Positions 30,931 through 41,165 are shown, numbered from the stretch's first letter. The stretch is DNA of 64,000 nt from an uncultured Clostridia bacterium (GCA_944383275.1 CALWOV010000004.1:4957-68956), one strand, 5' to 3'. Notes: generated by a model from the sequence alone, not told the origin. Program-made: numbers and translations.

Positions 30931-31548
30931 ATGGAAGATATAAAGGAAGCAATAGCGCAAAATATTGTTAATTATAGAAAACGAGCAAAACTTACGCAAG
31001 TTGAACTTGCTGAAAAACTTAATTACTCGGATAAAGCAATTTCAAAGTGGGAGCGTGGCGAAGCAATTCCTGATATAGTGGTATTAAAAGAAATTGCTGA
31101 CTTATTTGGAATAACGGTTGATGATTTATTAAAAAAGCCAAAACAAAGCAGTTTAAAAAAGCGTTTTCAAATACCACAGATATTAAAAAACAAGCGTGTT
31201 TTAATAACTGCATTTTCATTTATATTAGTTTGGTTAGTTGCAATTACAATATTTGTGTTTTTCACAATATTTGCTAAAAATGTTTATCCTATTTGGCTAG
31301 TTTTTATTTATGCCCTACCGGTTTCTTTTATTGTGCTTGTAGTTTTTGGTGCTATTTGGTGGAATCATATTTTTACATTTATTGCTGTGTCTGGTTTGAT
31401 TTGGACAGTGTGTTTAGCAATTTATTTAACTTTTACATCTCCAAAACTGTGGCTTATATTTTTAATTGCGATACCACTTCAAGTGTTAGCAGTTCTTTGG
31501 TTTTTAGTTTGGAAAAAGATGTTTAAAAAACCAAAAATAAAAGTTTAA
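30931..31548 (+). CDS. Membrane-anchored XRE-family regulator (HTH plus 4 TM)
   Basis: LTQVELAEKLNYSDKAISKWERG HTH followed by four hydrophobic helices; ATG 6 nt after TATAAT. Confidence 0.9.
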   Translation: MEDIKEAIAQNIVNYRKRAKLTQVELAEKLNYSDKAISKWERGEAIPDIVVLKEIADLFGITVDDLLKKPKQSSLKKRFQIPQILKNKRVLITAFSFILVWLVAITIFVFFTIFAKNVYPIWLVFIYALPVSFIVLVVFGAIWWNHIFTFIAVSGLIWTVCLAIYLTFTSPKLWLIFLIAIPLQVLAVLWFLVWKKMFKKPKIKV

Positions 31549-31681
31549 CATAACAGGTTTTTACAAAGTTTATTTTTTAATTAATTTTATAATAAAGAAA
31601 TTACTAATAACAAATAATAAGACAAAAACTTTACTTAATAATAAACTTTACTTAAACCATCAATAATTGGGTGTGTATGAT

Positions 31682-31712
31682 AAAAAAAGAAGACGAAAAC
31701 TCGTCTTCTTTT
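31682..31712. terminator. Bidirectional terminator
   Basis: aaaagaagacga-aaac-tcgtcttctttt hairpin. Confidence 0.8.
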
Positions 31713-31737
31713 AACTTTTAACAACTACTGTAAAACA

Positions 31738-32277
31738 TTAATCATAATCTGGTTCGATAATACCAAAGTCTCCTGCTCTACGGCGATACATAATGTTTAC
31801 TTTGCCTGTTTCTTCATTTAAGTAAATATAGAATGCGTGGTCACTGCTTTCAAGATTCATTTGAGCATCTTCAACTGAAAGTGGAACAATGTCAAATTTT
31901 TTAACTCTGCTTACGCCTGTTTTTTGTTGTGGGTGTTCTTCTTGGTCATCATAGTAAAGCCAATCGCGATTTATAATTGCTTGTTTTTTAAGTTTGTCTT
32001 TTAATTTGTCGCTGTATTTAACAAGTTGGCGTTCTACTTTTGGAAGAACAAGGTCTATATTTTGATACATACTGTCGCTTGCAACTTCCCCACGGAAAAG
32101 CACGCCTTTATCTTTAATAGTTAATTCCAAACGACAAATGTCGTTTTCTTTACGGCAAAAAACCCTGATGTCAGCATCATCGCTGAAAAATCTTTCCATT
32201 CTGCCAATCTTTTTTTCAATTATATCTTTAAGTTTTTGGCTTACAGTATAATTTTTAGATGAAATTTGAATGTTCAT
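31738..32277 (-). CDS. hpf: Ribosome hibernation promoting factor (long HPF)
   Basis: N-terminal S30AE domain (DSMYQNIDLVLPKVERQL) plus C-terminal dimerisation domain (MYRRRAGDFGIIEP). Confidence 0.9.
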   Translation of the reverse strand: MNIQISSKNYTVSQKLKDIIEKKIGRMERFFSDDADIRVFCRKENDICRLELTIKDKGVLFRGEVASDSMYQNIDLVLPKVERQLVKYSDKLKDKLKKQAIINRDWLYYDDQEEHPQQKTGVSRVKKFDIVPLSVEDAQMNLESSDHAFYIYLNEETGKVNIMYRRRAGDFGIIEPDYD

Positions 32278-32339
32278 AATTATTCTCCTTTTTAATTCTG
32301 TTAATATTATAACATCAAAATATTAATATAGCAATTAAA

Positions 32340-34811
32340 TTACGCTTTTGTGTTACTAACTTTTATTTTTAATGCGTTATCTTTTTCATCAATAGTAACT
32401 CTTGCACCACCATCTATTTTAGATGATAAAATTTCATCTGCTAGTTTATCTTCAATTTCTTGTTCTATAACTCTTCTTAATGGTCTTGCCCCCCATTCAG
32501 CATTATAGCCTTTATCTACAAGATATTTTAAAGCATTTTCTGTGAATTTTAATTCAATTTGCTGTGCTTTTAATTTATTGGAAAGTTTAGTAATAAGAAG
32601 TTTTGCAATTCTAGCAAGTTGTGGTTTAGTTAAAGACTTAAATGTTACTATGCAATCTATTCTGTTTAAAAACTCTGGTTTAAATTGCTTTTTAATTGCT
32701 TCATTTAAGATTTTATCAGCCTCTTCATCTAGTTTTGCAATTTTAAGTTCATCATCTGTTGATTCAAATGCTAATCTATTCTTTTTATATGCTGGGTCTG
32801 ACACACCGGCATTACTTGTCATTATAATTATTGTGTTTTTAAAATCTACCGTTCTGCCGTGACTATCGGTAAGCCTACCATCGTCCATAACTTGTAAGAG
32901 AATGTTGAACACATCTTGATGTGCTTTTTCTATTTCATCAAACAAAACAACAGAATATGGTTTTCTTCTTACTTGCTCGGTTAATTGCCCACCATCATCG
33001 TGGCCAATATATCCTGGTGGAGAACCAATTAATTTACTTACCGAGTGTGCTTCCATATATTCACTCATATCTAAACGAATAATTTGGTTTTCATTATCAA
33101 ACATTGCTTCTGCAAGTGCTTTACTAAGTTCTGTTTTACCAACACCTGTTGGACCTAAGAATAAAAAGGTTCCAATTGGTCTGTTTGGGTCTTTTAAACC
33201 AGCACGAGCACGCCTTATGGCTTTACTTACAACTTCAACTGCTTTATCTTGACCAATAACTCGTTGATGTATAATATTTTCTAACCCTAACAATTTATCT
33301 CTTTCTGTTGCAGTAAGTTTAGTAACAGGTATGTGCGTCCACGCACTTACAACACGGGCTATGTCATCAAACCCAATAGTTGTTGCATTATGTTGCATAT
33401 CTTTATTTGCTTCTTTTTGATATTGCTCTAACTCTTCTTGTATTTTTTGTATTTGGTCTCGAATTGATGCTGCTTTTTCAAAGTTTTGAGCAATAACGGC
33501 TTCTTTTTTGTCATTTTCAAGTCTAGTTAATTCATCTTGCTTTTCTTTTATAGGTGCAGGTGTAACTGTGCCACTTACTTTTGCTCTTGAACTTGCTTCA
33601 TCAATTAAGTCGATTGCTTTATCTGGCAAACTTCGATTTGTTATATACCTTTCACTTAAAGTTGCAGCAGCTTCGATTGCTTCATCACTTATTTTTACTT
33701 TATGGAAGGCTTCATAAGAATCACGAATGCCTTTTAAAATTTCAATAGTTTGTTCAACTGTTGGTGGATTAACTAAAACAGGTTGAAATCTTCTTTCTAG
33801 CGCTTTATCTTTTTCGATAAATTTTCTATACTCATCTGTTGTTGTTGCACCAATAGTTTGCAATTCACCACGAGCAAGATATGGCTTTAACATATCTGCA
33901 GGGCTTATTTCGCCTTTTTCACTTCCTGCTTGTGCTAGGGTGTGCAATTCGTCAATAAATACAATTATATTTTTTTGACTAATTATTGTTTCAATGGCAG
34001 ATTTAAGTTTTTCTTCCATACTGCCACGATATTTTGTTCCAGCCATTAACGAGCCAATTTCCCAAGAATAAATAATTTTATTTTTCAATAATTCTGGAAC
34101 ATTACCATTAACTATTGCCTGTGCAAGCCCTTCAACAACTGCACTTTTACCAACACCAGCCTCGCCAATTAGAACAGGGTTGTTTTTTGTTTTTCTACAT
34201 AATATTTCAATTAATCGTTCAGTTTCTGCTTCCCTGCCGATAATTGGGTCTATTTTATTTTCTTTTGCTTTTTGGGTTAAATCGATTCCCATATCAAGTA
34301 ACTCTTTTGGAAGAGAACTTCCCGACTGACTGTCTGATGAACGAGATGTGGTTTCATCACTTCCAACAGAATCACGCAAAGCATCAACAACTTCATCTCG
34401 AAGTTTATTGATATTAACATTAAAGCCACGAGTTAACATTGTAACAGCAATACAATCTGAACTTGATAGTAGTGCAAGCATAATGTGTTCTGTTCCAATA
34501 AAATCGTGCCCTAATTGATTTGCAACTGCTTGACCTACGCGCAATATTTCTTTAACTCGTGGAGTTACTTCAATATCGCCAAAGCCAATGCTGTTGCCTT
34601 TATCTATACTTTCATCAAAAAGTTGCAAATAAGTTTGCTGTGTAACACCATACTTTGCAAGCAATTTACTTGATAAACATTCTTCAACAGAAATAATACC
34701 AAACAATAGGTGTTCTGTGCCTAATTCATCGTGTCCACTTTGAACAGCAAGTTCACTTGCATTTTGTAAAACTTTTTGAACAAGTCTTGTAAATCCGTGT
34801 GATTGATACAT
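32340..34811 (-). CDS. clpC: ATP-dependent Clp protease ATPase ClpC
   Basis: Double Clp-N domains, GEAGVGKS, UVR coil, GPTGVGKT and GSPPGYIG; follows mcsAB. Confidence 0.95.
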   Translation of the reverse strand: MYQSHGFTRLVQKVLQNASELAVQSGHDELGTEHLLFGIISVEECLSSKLLAKYGVTQQTYLQLFDESIDKGNSIGFGDIEVTPRVKEILRVGQAVANQLGHDFIGTEHIMLALLSSSDCIAVTMLTRGFNVNINKLRDEVVDALRDSVGSDETTSRSSDSQSGSSLPKELLDMGIDLTQKAKENKIDPIIGREAETERLIEILCRKTKNNPVLIGEAGVGKSAVVEGLAQAIVNGNVPELLKNKIIYSWEIGSLMAGTKYRGSMEEKLKSAIETIISQKNIIVFIDELHTLAQAGSEKGEISPADMLKPYLARGELQTIGATTTDEYRKFIEKDKALERRFQPVLVNPPTVEQTIEILKGIRDSYEAFHKVKISDEAIEAAATLSERYITNRSLPDKAIDLIDEASSRAKVSGTVTPAPIKEKQDELTRLENDKKEAVIAQNFEKAASIRDQIQKIQEELEQYQKEANKDMQHNATTIGFDDIARVVSAWTHIPVTKLTATERDKLLGLENIIHQRVIGQDKAVEVVSKAIRRARAGLKDPNRPIGTFLFLGPTGVGKTELSKALAEAMFDNENQIIRLDMSEYMEAHSVSKLIGSPPGYIGHDDGGQLTEQVRRKPYSVVLFDEIEKAHQDVFNILLQVMDDGRLTDSHGRTVDFKNTIIIMTSNAGVSDPAYKKNRLAFESTDDELKIAKLDEEADKILNEAIKKQFKPEFLNRIDCIVTFKSLTKPQLARIAKLLITKLSNKLKAQQIELKFTENALKYLVDKGYNAEWGARPLRRVIEQEIEDKLADEILSSKIDGGARVTIDEKDNALKIKVSNTKA

Positions 34812-34832
34812 ATTTTCTCCTTTTATTTAACC

Positions 34833-34915
34833 GGAGCAACGCTTTGTGGCAATTTTGCCACGAAGTGCCATTTAGTACTTTTAAAGGCTTTTCAAAGCCT
34901 TTAAAGCGTTGCGAC
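34833..34915. repeat. GC-richer four-way-junction palindromic element between mcsB and clpC
   Basis: Closing stem GCAACGC/GCGTTGC enclosing three hairpins. Confidence 0.7.
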
Positions 34916-34919
34916 CTTG

Positions 34920-35921
34920 TTAGTATATAGTTTTAAATGTTTGAACTAAAAGTTCTGCCCTTTTAATATCAATTTGTTCTGTAGGTAACATCATTTTATT
35001 CATAACTTGCAACGCACCTGAAGCGCATTGTTCAAGTAAATCGTTAAACATATCTTCATTTTTTATATTAACGAACCCTAAACTTATGCCTAATTTAACT
35101 TTTGCGAATAGTTCTAGAAATTCTTTATGCGAAATAGAATAACAACTTCGTAAAATTCCCAATGCTCGCATAATTTGATTTCTTAATTCTGCTGGATTCT
35201 TTTTCCAAAACTCCTGCCGTGCCAAGTGTTCTAATTCGCAAATTTTTAAAACAGCATCGTTAATATTTTGAATAATTTCTTGCTCGCTTCTTCCAAAAGA
35301 ACTTCTATTGCTTAATTGATAAAAATATCCATCAGCATCACTGCTTTCGCCAAAACTACCACGCACAACAATTCCCAAGTCGGAAACAGCCTTTATTACT
35401 TCATTTATATTTTCACACAATGAAAGCCCTGGCAAAAACATCATAATTGACGCACGCATTGCCGTTCCAAGATTAGTAGGACAAGCCGTTAGAAATCCAA
35501 GTTTACTGTCGTATGCTATGTCTAGATTTTCCATAATCAAAGCGTCTATGTTATTTAATTGTTCCCAAGCATTTTTTAAATTAAAACCTTTTAAAATGCA
35601 CTGCTCACGAAAATGGTCTTCTTCATTAACCATTATACTTATTTTTTGGTCATCACTTAACGCAAGACCACCAATATTAAAATTTTCAACTAAATCTTTA
35701 CTTATAAGGTGTTTTTCGATAAGCATTTGTCTGTTTATTGGCAATATGTTTTTCATAAGAAAAAATTGCATATCTTGATTTTCTAGTATTTTTTCTAATG
35801 GAATTATAACTTCATCTAAAGCCTGCTTTTCTGTCATTCCAGATGGAAAAGGTAGTTTTCTTATGTTTCTTGCCAATCTTATTCTTGAACTTACAACACA
35901 ATTTTTTATTATATCATTCAT
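34920..35921 (-). CDS. mcsB: Protein arginine kinase
   Basis: SSRIRLARN, MVNEEDH and GFLTACPTNLGTAMRAS. Confidence 0.93.
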   Translation of the reverse strand: MNDIIKNCVVSSRIRLARNIRKLPFPSGMTEKQALDEVIIPLEKILENQDMQFFLMKNILPINRQMLIEKHLISKDLVENFNIGGLALSDDQKISIMVNEEDHFREQCILKGFNLKNAWEQLNNIDALIMENLDIAYDSKLGFLTACPTNLGTAMRASIMMFLPGLSLCENINEVIKAVSDLGIVVRGSFGESSDADGYFYQLSNRSSFGRSEQEIIQNINDAVLKICELEHLARQEFWKKNPAELRNQIMRALGILRSCYSISHKEFLELFAKVKLGISLGFVNIKNEDMFNDLLEQCASGALQVMNKMMLPTEQIDIKRAELLVQTFKTIY

Positions 35922-36327
35922 AATCATCTCCAATTAAAGAATTTAATTGTCGTTTAATTATTGCTGCTTGTTCATAATCTTCTTGCTCTACTGCATTTTT
36001 AAGTTGCTCTTTTAATTCTTCAATATCACCCTGTGGCTTTACATTATAATTAACACCACTGTGTTCTGTTTTACCAAAAAGCCGTTCTATAACAGGTGAT
36101 ATTGTGCTTGCTAAATATTTATAACATTCAGGGCAACCTAAAAAGCCTGTTGCTAAAAACTTTTCACTTGTCCACCCACAATTTAAGCATTTATCTTTTT
36201 TATTAGATTTTGTTTTATTCAAATTTACTGTAAAATCAAAAAATTCGCCTACATTAACAACTTTGAATTGCTCGTCATTATTTTGTGTATCTTTGCCTTT
36301 GTGATTATAATTAAAATAATCATTCAT
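35914..36327 (-). CDS. mcsA: McsA-like activator (lacks N-terminal CxxC pairs)
   Basis: CLNCG...GFLGCPECY and UVR motif AVEQEDYEQAAIIKRQL; overlaps the mcsB start. Confidence 0.8.
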   Translation of the reverse strand: MNDYFNYNHKGKDTQNNDEQFKVVNVGEFFDFTVNLNKTKSNKKDKCLNCGWTSEKFLATGFLGCPECYKYLASTISPVIERLFGKTEHSGVNYNVKPQGDIEELKEQLKNAVEQEDYEQAAIIKRQLNSLIGDDYE

Positions 36328-36348
36328 ATTAACCACCTAATACATAAA

Positions 36349-37662
36349 TCAAAGATTTTCTTTTTTTGCTAAGTCTCTTTCTTGTATTAATCGCTTTATA
36401 TTATTTTCACAATGGTCGCAAATATTACTATAACTTTCGCCTATATAAAAACTTCCTTTTTCATATAGAACTCTACCACCAACAATAGTCATAACAACAT
36501 CAGACGCAGACGCCGAATAAACCAAATGAGTAATTACATCATTAACAGGTTGCCAATGTGGTTCTTTAGTGTTTATTCTTATTACATCTGCTTGATAACC
36601 TTCAGTTAACTGCCCTATCTTATCTTCTAAAAATAATGCTCTTGCCCCACCACGAGTTGCCATTAAAATTATATCTTTTGCAGGAATTGCAGCAGCGTCT
36701 TTCATAACCACTTTGGTTATTGATGCTGCTAAAAACATTTCTTTAAACATATTAAGTGAGTTATTACTTGCAACACTATCTGTTCCCAAACTTAAATCTA
36801 CACCATTTTTTATATAAGTGTAAATTGGCGCAATTCCACTTGCAAGTTTTAAATTGCTTGACATATTAATTGAAACTTTTACATCATATTTTCTTAAAAT
36901 TTCTATATCTTCTTTATCAACATGAATTCCGTGTGCAATGGTTGTTGGATAATCAAAAAAGCCCAACTGTTCAAGATATTTAACAGGTGTAAAACCGTGT
37001 TCTTTAACACAGTTTCCAACTTCATTTAAAGTTTCACATAAGTGAATAGATTGTGGTAAGCCATATTTTTTTGCTAAAGCAGTGCAATCATTTAAGCCCT
37101 GTTCATCAACAGAAAAAATAGAATGACTTGAAACAAAAAATGTAACAAGTGGATTCCCTTTATCTAAAGATGCATGCCTATTTTCCCACTCATTTCTTCG
37201 TTCTTCTTTCGGTAATTTATATCTAACATCTATCGCAATAGCACCACGCATTCCACTTACTTCAAAAGCATTTAACATACTTTTTTGATGGAAATAGTTA
37301 TTAAGTGTGCAAGTTGTTCCACCTCGCACCATTTCAGCAATACCAAGTAAGGTTGACCAATACATATCATGACCTGTTATATGGTCTTCAAGTGGACGAA
37401 TATTATCATACCACCAACCTTTAAAATCTGAATCTTCAGCAAGCCCTCGAAATATTTGCATAGGTAAATGTGTATGTGAATTTACAAAACCTGGCATAAC
37501 AACATCGCCCATACAATTAACCACTTTGTCTGCCATAAAACCCACTTTTGATTTACCAACATAAACAATTTTATCGTCTTCAATCCAAACTTCTCCATTT
37601 GGATATATATCAAAATTATCATTGCAAGTAATTACATATGCATTATAAAGTCTTATCTTCAT
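36349..37662 (-). CDS. Metal-dependent amidohydrolase (MTA/SAH deaminase-like)
   Basis: PGFVNSHTH, IHLCET, AHGIH and LGTDSVASNN motifs. Confidence 0.88.
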   Translation of the reverse strand: MKIRLYNAYVITCNDNFDIYPNGEVWIEDDKIVYVGKSKVGFMADKVVNCMGDVVMPGFVNSHTHLPMQIFRGLAEDSDFKGWWYDNIRPLEDHITGHDMYWSTLLGIAEMVRGGTTCTLNNYFHQKSMLNAFEVSGMRGAIAIDVRYKLPKEERRNEWENRHASLDKGNPLVTFFVSSHSIFSVDEQGLNDCTALAKKYGLPQSIHLCETLNEVGNCVKEHGFTPVKYLEQLGFFDYPTTIAHGIHVDKEDIEILRKYDVKVSINMSSNLKLASGIAPIYTYIKNGVDLSLGTDSVASNNSLNMFKEMFLAASITKVVMKDAAAIPAKDIILMATRGGARALFLEDKIGQLTEGYQADVIRINTKEPHWQPVNDVITHLVYSASASDVVMTIVGGRVLYEKGSFYIGESYSNICDHCENNIKRLIQERDLAKKENL

Positions 37663-38054
37663 TTTATTCCCCCAATGTTATATATAATTATATAACTAAA
37701 TACCAAAATCTCAAAACAAATTGGGGTAACTTTTTTTAAACTTTTTAATTTTATATATTTATTATTTTAAAATTTATATTTTTTATTTTTAAATTCTTTA
37801 ATTTAATCTTTAATGGTAATAATTAAATATAATTTTTTAAATATTTTTTTATTTTAATTAAATTTCCCTATTTTAAATCTAAATTCTTATGATTTTTTAA
37901 TTTTTACGCATATTTCTTATTTTATAATCGCGTTTACTATAAATTGTAAAGATTTACTTTACAATAATAATTATAGCACAAATGTTCCAAAAAATCAATT
38001 TTTTTTGAAATTTTTTGGTTTGACAAATACATAAATTCGTGTTAATATTCAATT

Positions 38055-38531
38055 ATGAGTAAATTAAAATATGGTTTTGAGCCAATATATAACCAAGAAA
38101 GCAAAATTCTTATCTTGGGCAGTTTCCCAAGCATAAAAAGTCGTGAAAATAATTTTTATTATGGTAACAAACAAAACAAGTTTTGGAGAATGTTAGAATA
38201 CATTTTTAATGAAAAAATTGAAAATGAAATTAATGATAAAACCCAATTTTTGTTAAAACATAATATTGCACTATGGGATATTGTTAAAAAAAGTTATATA
38301 AAAACTTCTAGTGATAGTGAACTTGTTAATTTATCAAAAAAAGATATTAACAATATATCTTTATTGCTTCCTCCAAATACTAAAATAGAAAAAATTTTAT
38401 GTAATGGCACTAAAAGTTTTCAATTAGTAAAAAAGTTTATTAAAACAAGTTTACCAATAATTTGTCTTCCTTCTACTAGCCCTGCTAATTTTAAGTTTGA
38501 TTTACAAAAATGGAAAAATGAACTTAAATAA
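38055..38531 (+). CDS. Uracil-DNA glycosylase superfamily protein (DNA-deoxyinosine glycosylase-like)
   Basis: LILGSFPSIKS...FYY..QNKFW, IALWD and LPSTSPAN. Confidence 0.85.
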   Translation: MSKLKYGFEPIYNQESKILILGSFPSIKSRENNFYYGNKQNKFWRMLEYIFNEKIENEINDKTQFLLKHNIALWDIVKKSYIKTSSDSELVNLSKKDINNISLLLPPNTKIEKILCNGTKSFQLVKKFIKTSLPIICLPSTSPANFKFDLQKWKNELK

Positions 38532-38624
38532 TGATTTGCATAAATTTATTTTTTAATCTATTAAAAATTAATAAAAAAGAACTTTTGATTGATAAGTTCT
38601 TTTTTAATTTTATAAATAAAGTAT

Positions 38625-40325
38625 CTAGTTAAAATACTGCTCTGCTTTAGTTAAAATAAATTTAGATATTTTTTCATATTTTTCTTCAACTTCTTGCTTT
38701 GTTTCTGCGCATATTGAAAAATATATTTTACACTTTGGCTCTGTCCCCGATGGTCTTATTGCAAAATATGAACCATCTTCAAAAACAAAACGCAAAACAT
38801 CTGATTTTTCAAAATTAAAATCTTTTGTATTATTTTTATAATGTTTTTTCAATGTTAAGTAATCTTCTATAACATAAACTTCTTCATCTGCAATTTTTTT
38901 GAATAAGTTTTTTCTTAATTCTTTCATAAAGTTTGAAATTTTCAAAATTCCAGAACTGCCTTTAACATAAAAAGAATGTAGTTTGTCTATATAAAACCCA
39001 TATTTTTTATAAATATTTTCTAATATATCAATTAAAGTGAAGCCTTGATTTTTATAATAACAAGCAATTTCTGAAATTAACATTGCTGATTGAATTCCAT
39101 CTTTATCTCTTACTTCTGGATTTATAAGGTAACCATAAGACTCTTCATAACCCAACAAAAATTCTGCTCCATTATTATCTATTGCTTCTTGTATTTTTTC
39201 TCCAATATATTTAAAACCTGTTAAAGTTTGCTCGCACTTTATACCATATGAATTTGCAATCTTTTCCCCTAAGGAAGATGTTACAATAGTATTATAAATT
39301 ACATAATTTTTATTTAATAAATTATTTTCTTGCTTATATTTAAGAATATAATCAAGAATTATAGCACCCATTTCATTACCTGTTAAATATACTGGCTCAT
39401 TATGATTATCAAAAACCACTGAGCCTACCCTATCGCTGTCTGGGTCTGTTGTTAAAACTAAATCTACATTAACTTTTGTTGCAAGTTCAATAGCTTGCTT
39501 ATATGCTTTTTTATCTTCTGGATTTGGTGATTCAGTATTTTCAAAAGTTTTTGAAGGAAATGTCTGTTCTTTTACATCATAAACTTGATAGCCTTGTAAA
39601 GCGAGAACTTTCATAACAGGTTTATAGCCTGCTCCGTGTTGTGGCGAATACACTATTTTAAAATTAGTTTTATCAATATTTTTTCTTATTGCTGTATTGA
39701 TTACCATTTTTATATAAGCATTTTCAACATCATCATTCAAAACTGTAATTAAATTAGAATTTACATCACATTCAACATTCAATTCATCTTCTATTTTATT
39801 TATTTCTTCTAAAATTAAATTTGTATATTTAGGAACTAATTGACAACCATATTGATTATATATTTTATAGCCATTATATTCTTTTGGATTATGGCTTGCT
39901 GTTATAACTATTCCACCACAACATTTTAAATATCTAACAGCAAATGATAATAAAGGTGTTGGCTGTAATGTATAAAAAATATAACTTTTTATACCCATTG
40001 CTGCAAGCACTCCTGCAGCAGCCAAAGTAAATTTATCAGCATTTTTTCTGTTATCGTGCGCAATAACTACACCAGATTGTTTTGCGTTTTCATAATTTTT
40101 TAATAAATAATTTGCATAACCTTTTGTGCACTTTTTAACCATAATGGAATTCATTTTATTTGTGCCAGCACCCATAACTCCACGAATTCCACCTGTTCCA
40201 AACTCAATATCCTTATAAAATGCCTCGTATATCTCATTTTCATTTAATGATTTAAGTTCTTCTTTTAATTCTTTTGAAACTATATCACTATTAAGCCATT
40301 TTTCATATTTTTCTAAATAATTCAT
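38625..40325 (-). CDS. Phosphoglucomutase/phosphomannomutase
   Basis: FGTGGIRG, ITASHNP, DPDSDR, GYEESYG and RPSGTEPK. Confidence 0.93.
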   Translation of the reverse strand: MNYLEKYEKWLNSDIVSKELKEELKSLNENEIYEAFYKDIEFGTGGIRGVMGAGTNKMNSIMVKKCTKGYANYLLKNYENAKQSGVVIAHDNRKNADKFTLAAAGVLAAMGIKSYIFYTLQPTPLLSFAVRYLKCCGGIVITASHNPKEYNGYKIYNQYGCQLVPKYTNLILEEINKIEDELNVECDVNSNLITVLNDDVENAYIKMVINTAIRKNIDKTNFKIVYSPQHGAGYKPVMKVLALQGYQVYDVKEQTFPSKTFENTESPNPEDKKAYKQAIELATKVNVDLVLTTDPDSDRVGSVVFDNHNEPVYLTGNEMGAIILDYILKYKQENNLLNKNYVIYNTIVTSSLGEKIANSYGIKCEQTLTGFKYIGEKIQEAIDNNGAEFLLGYEESYGYLINPEVRDKDGIQSAMLISEIACYYKNQGFTLIDILENIYKKYGFYIDKLHSFYVKGSSGILKISNFMKELRKNLFKKIADEEVYVIEDYLTLKKHYKNNTKDFNFEKSDVLRFVFEDGSYFAIRPSGTEPKCKIYFSICAETKQEVEEKYEKISKFILTKAEQYFN

Positions 40326-40526
40326 ATTATTTACCTTTTATTAATTACAATTTATATTTTAGCATAAATAAAAAAATAACTCAATGATATAAAAAAAAAT
40401 AAATAAAATAATTAATTTAAAAACATAATTTTAAAAATATATTCTACTGTTAAAACAAAAATGTATTATTAAAATTTAACTATTTTAGATTTTATATCTA
40501 AAAAATTACAAATACTTATTTATAAC

Positions 40527-40554
40527 AAAAAACCAAGGTATATACCTTGGTTTT
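40527..40554 (-). terminator. Terminator of the tRNA operon
   Basis: aaaaccaaggta-ta-taccttggtttt hairpin directly after the tRNA-Tyr CCA. Confidence 0.8.
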
Positions 40555-40555
40555 A

Positions 40556-40641
40556 TGGTGGGCAGTGGTGGATTCGAACCACCGAAGTCTCCCGACAACA
40601 GATTTACAGTCTGCTCCATTTGGCCGCTCTGGAAACTGCCC
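40556..40641 (-). tRNA. tRNA-Tyr(GTA)
   Basis: Reverse complement GGGCAGT...CTGTAAA...ACTGCCCACCA with long variable arm. Confidence 0.95.
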
Positions 40642-40644
40642 CTA

Positions 40645-40720
40645 TGGAGCTGGCGAAAGGAATTGAACCTTCAACCTGCTGATTACAAGTCAGCTGCTCT
40701 GCCAATTGAGCTACGCCAGC
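40645..40720 (-). tRNA. tRNA-Thr(TGT)
   Basis: 76-nt cloverleaf, anticodon loop CTTGTAA, CCA end. Confidence 0.95.
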
Positions 40721-40864
40721 ATATTAGGTGTTGCCACCCTTTTTCAATATTATATTGAAATATATTTAAACAATAATTTCTTATTGTTATAAGCCTTTTT
40801 CTTAACGCAATAACTTAATTTTGCGCACTGTTAAAGGCACTAGTGTGCTGAACTAAGTCAGCGT

Positions 40865-40940
40865 TGGTGCCCCAGGCGGGACTTGAACCCGCGACACATG
40901 GATTTTCAGTCCAATGCTCTACCAACTGAGCTACCGGGGC
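40865..40940 (-). tRNA. tRNA-Phe(GAA)
   Basis: 76-nt cloverleaf, anticodon loop CTGAAAA, CCA end. Confidence 0.95.
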
Positions 40941-40951
40941 GCACAAAAAAA

Positions 40952-41028
40952 TGGTGGGACTTCAAGGACTCGAACCTTGGACCGATCGGTTATGAGCCGA
41001 TTGCTCTAACCAACTGAGCTAAAGTCCC
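40952..41028 (-). tRNA. tRNA(CAT), most likely Ile2 (lysidine) rather than Met
   Basis: Loop CTCATAA; body GGGACTTTAGCTCAGTTGGTTAGAGC resembles Firmicute tRNA-Ile2; lacks initiator features. Confidence 0.85.
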
Positions 41029-41057
41029 ATAGCATTTCTTTGTAAAAACAAAGAAAC

Positions 41058-41134
41058 TGGCGACCTAGAAGGGTCTCGAACCCTCGACCTCTACCGTGAC
41101 AGGGTAGCGCTCTAACCAACTGAGCTACTAGGCC
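41058..41134 (-). tRNA. tRNA-Asp(GTC)
   Basis: Loop CTGTCAC, GCCA end. Confidence 0.95.
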
Positions 41135-41165
41135 ACATAAAAAGTTATATCTCTGCCCAAGGCAG

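Noticed and set aside
37976-37987. LexA-like GCAC-AAAT-GTTC upstream of the glycosylase
   Set aside because: A single imperfect site away from the promoter core; could be chance.
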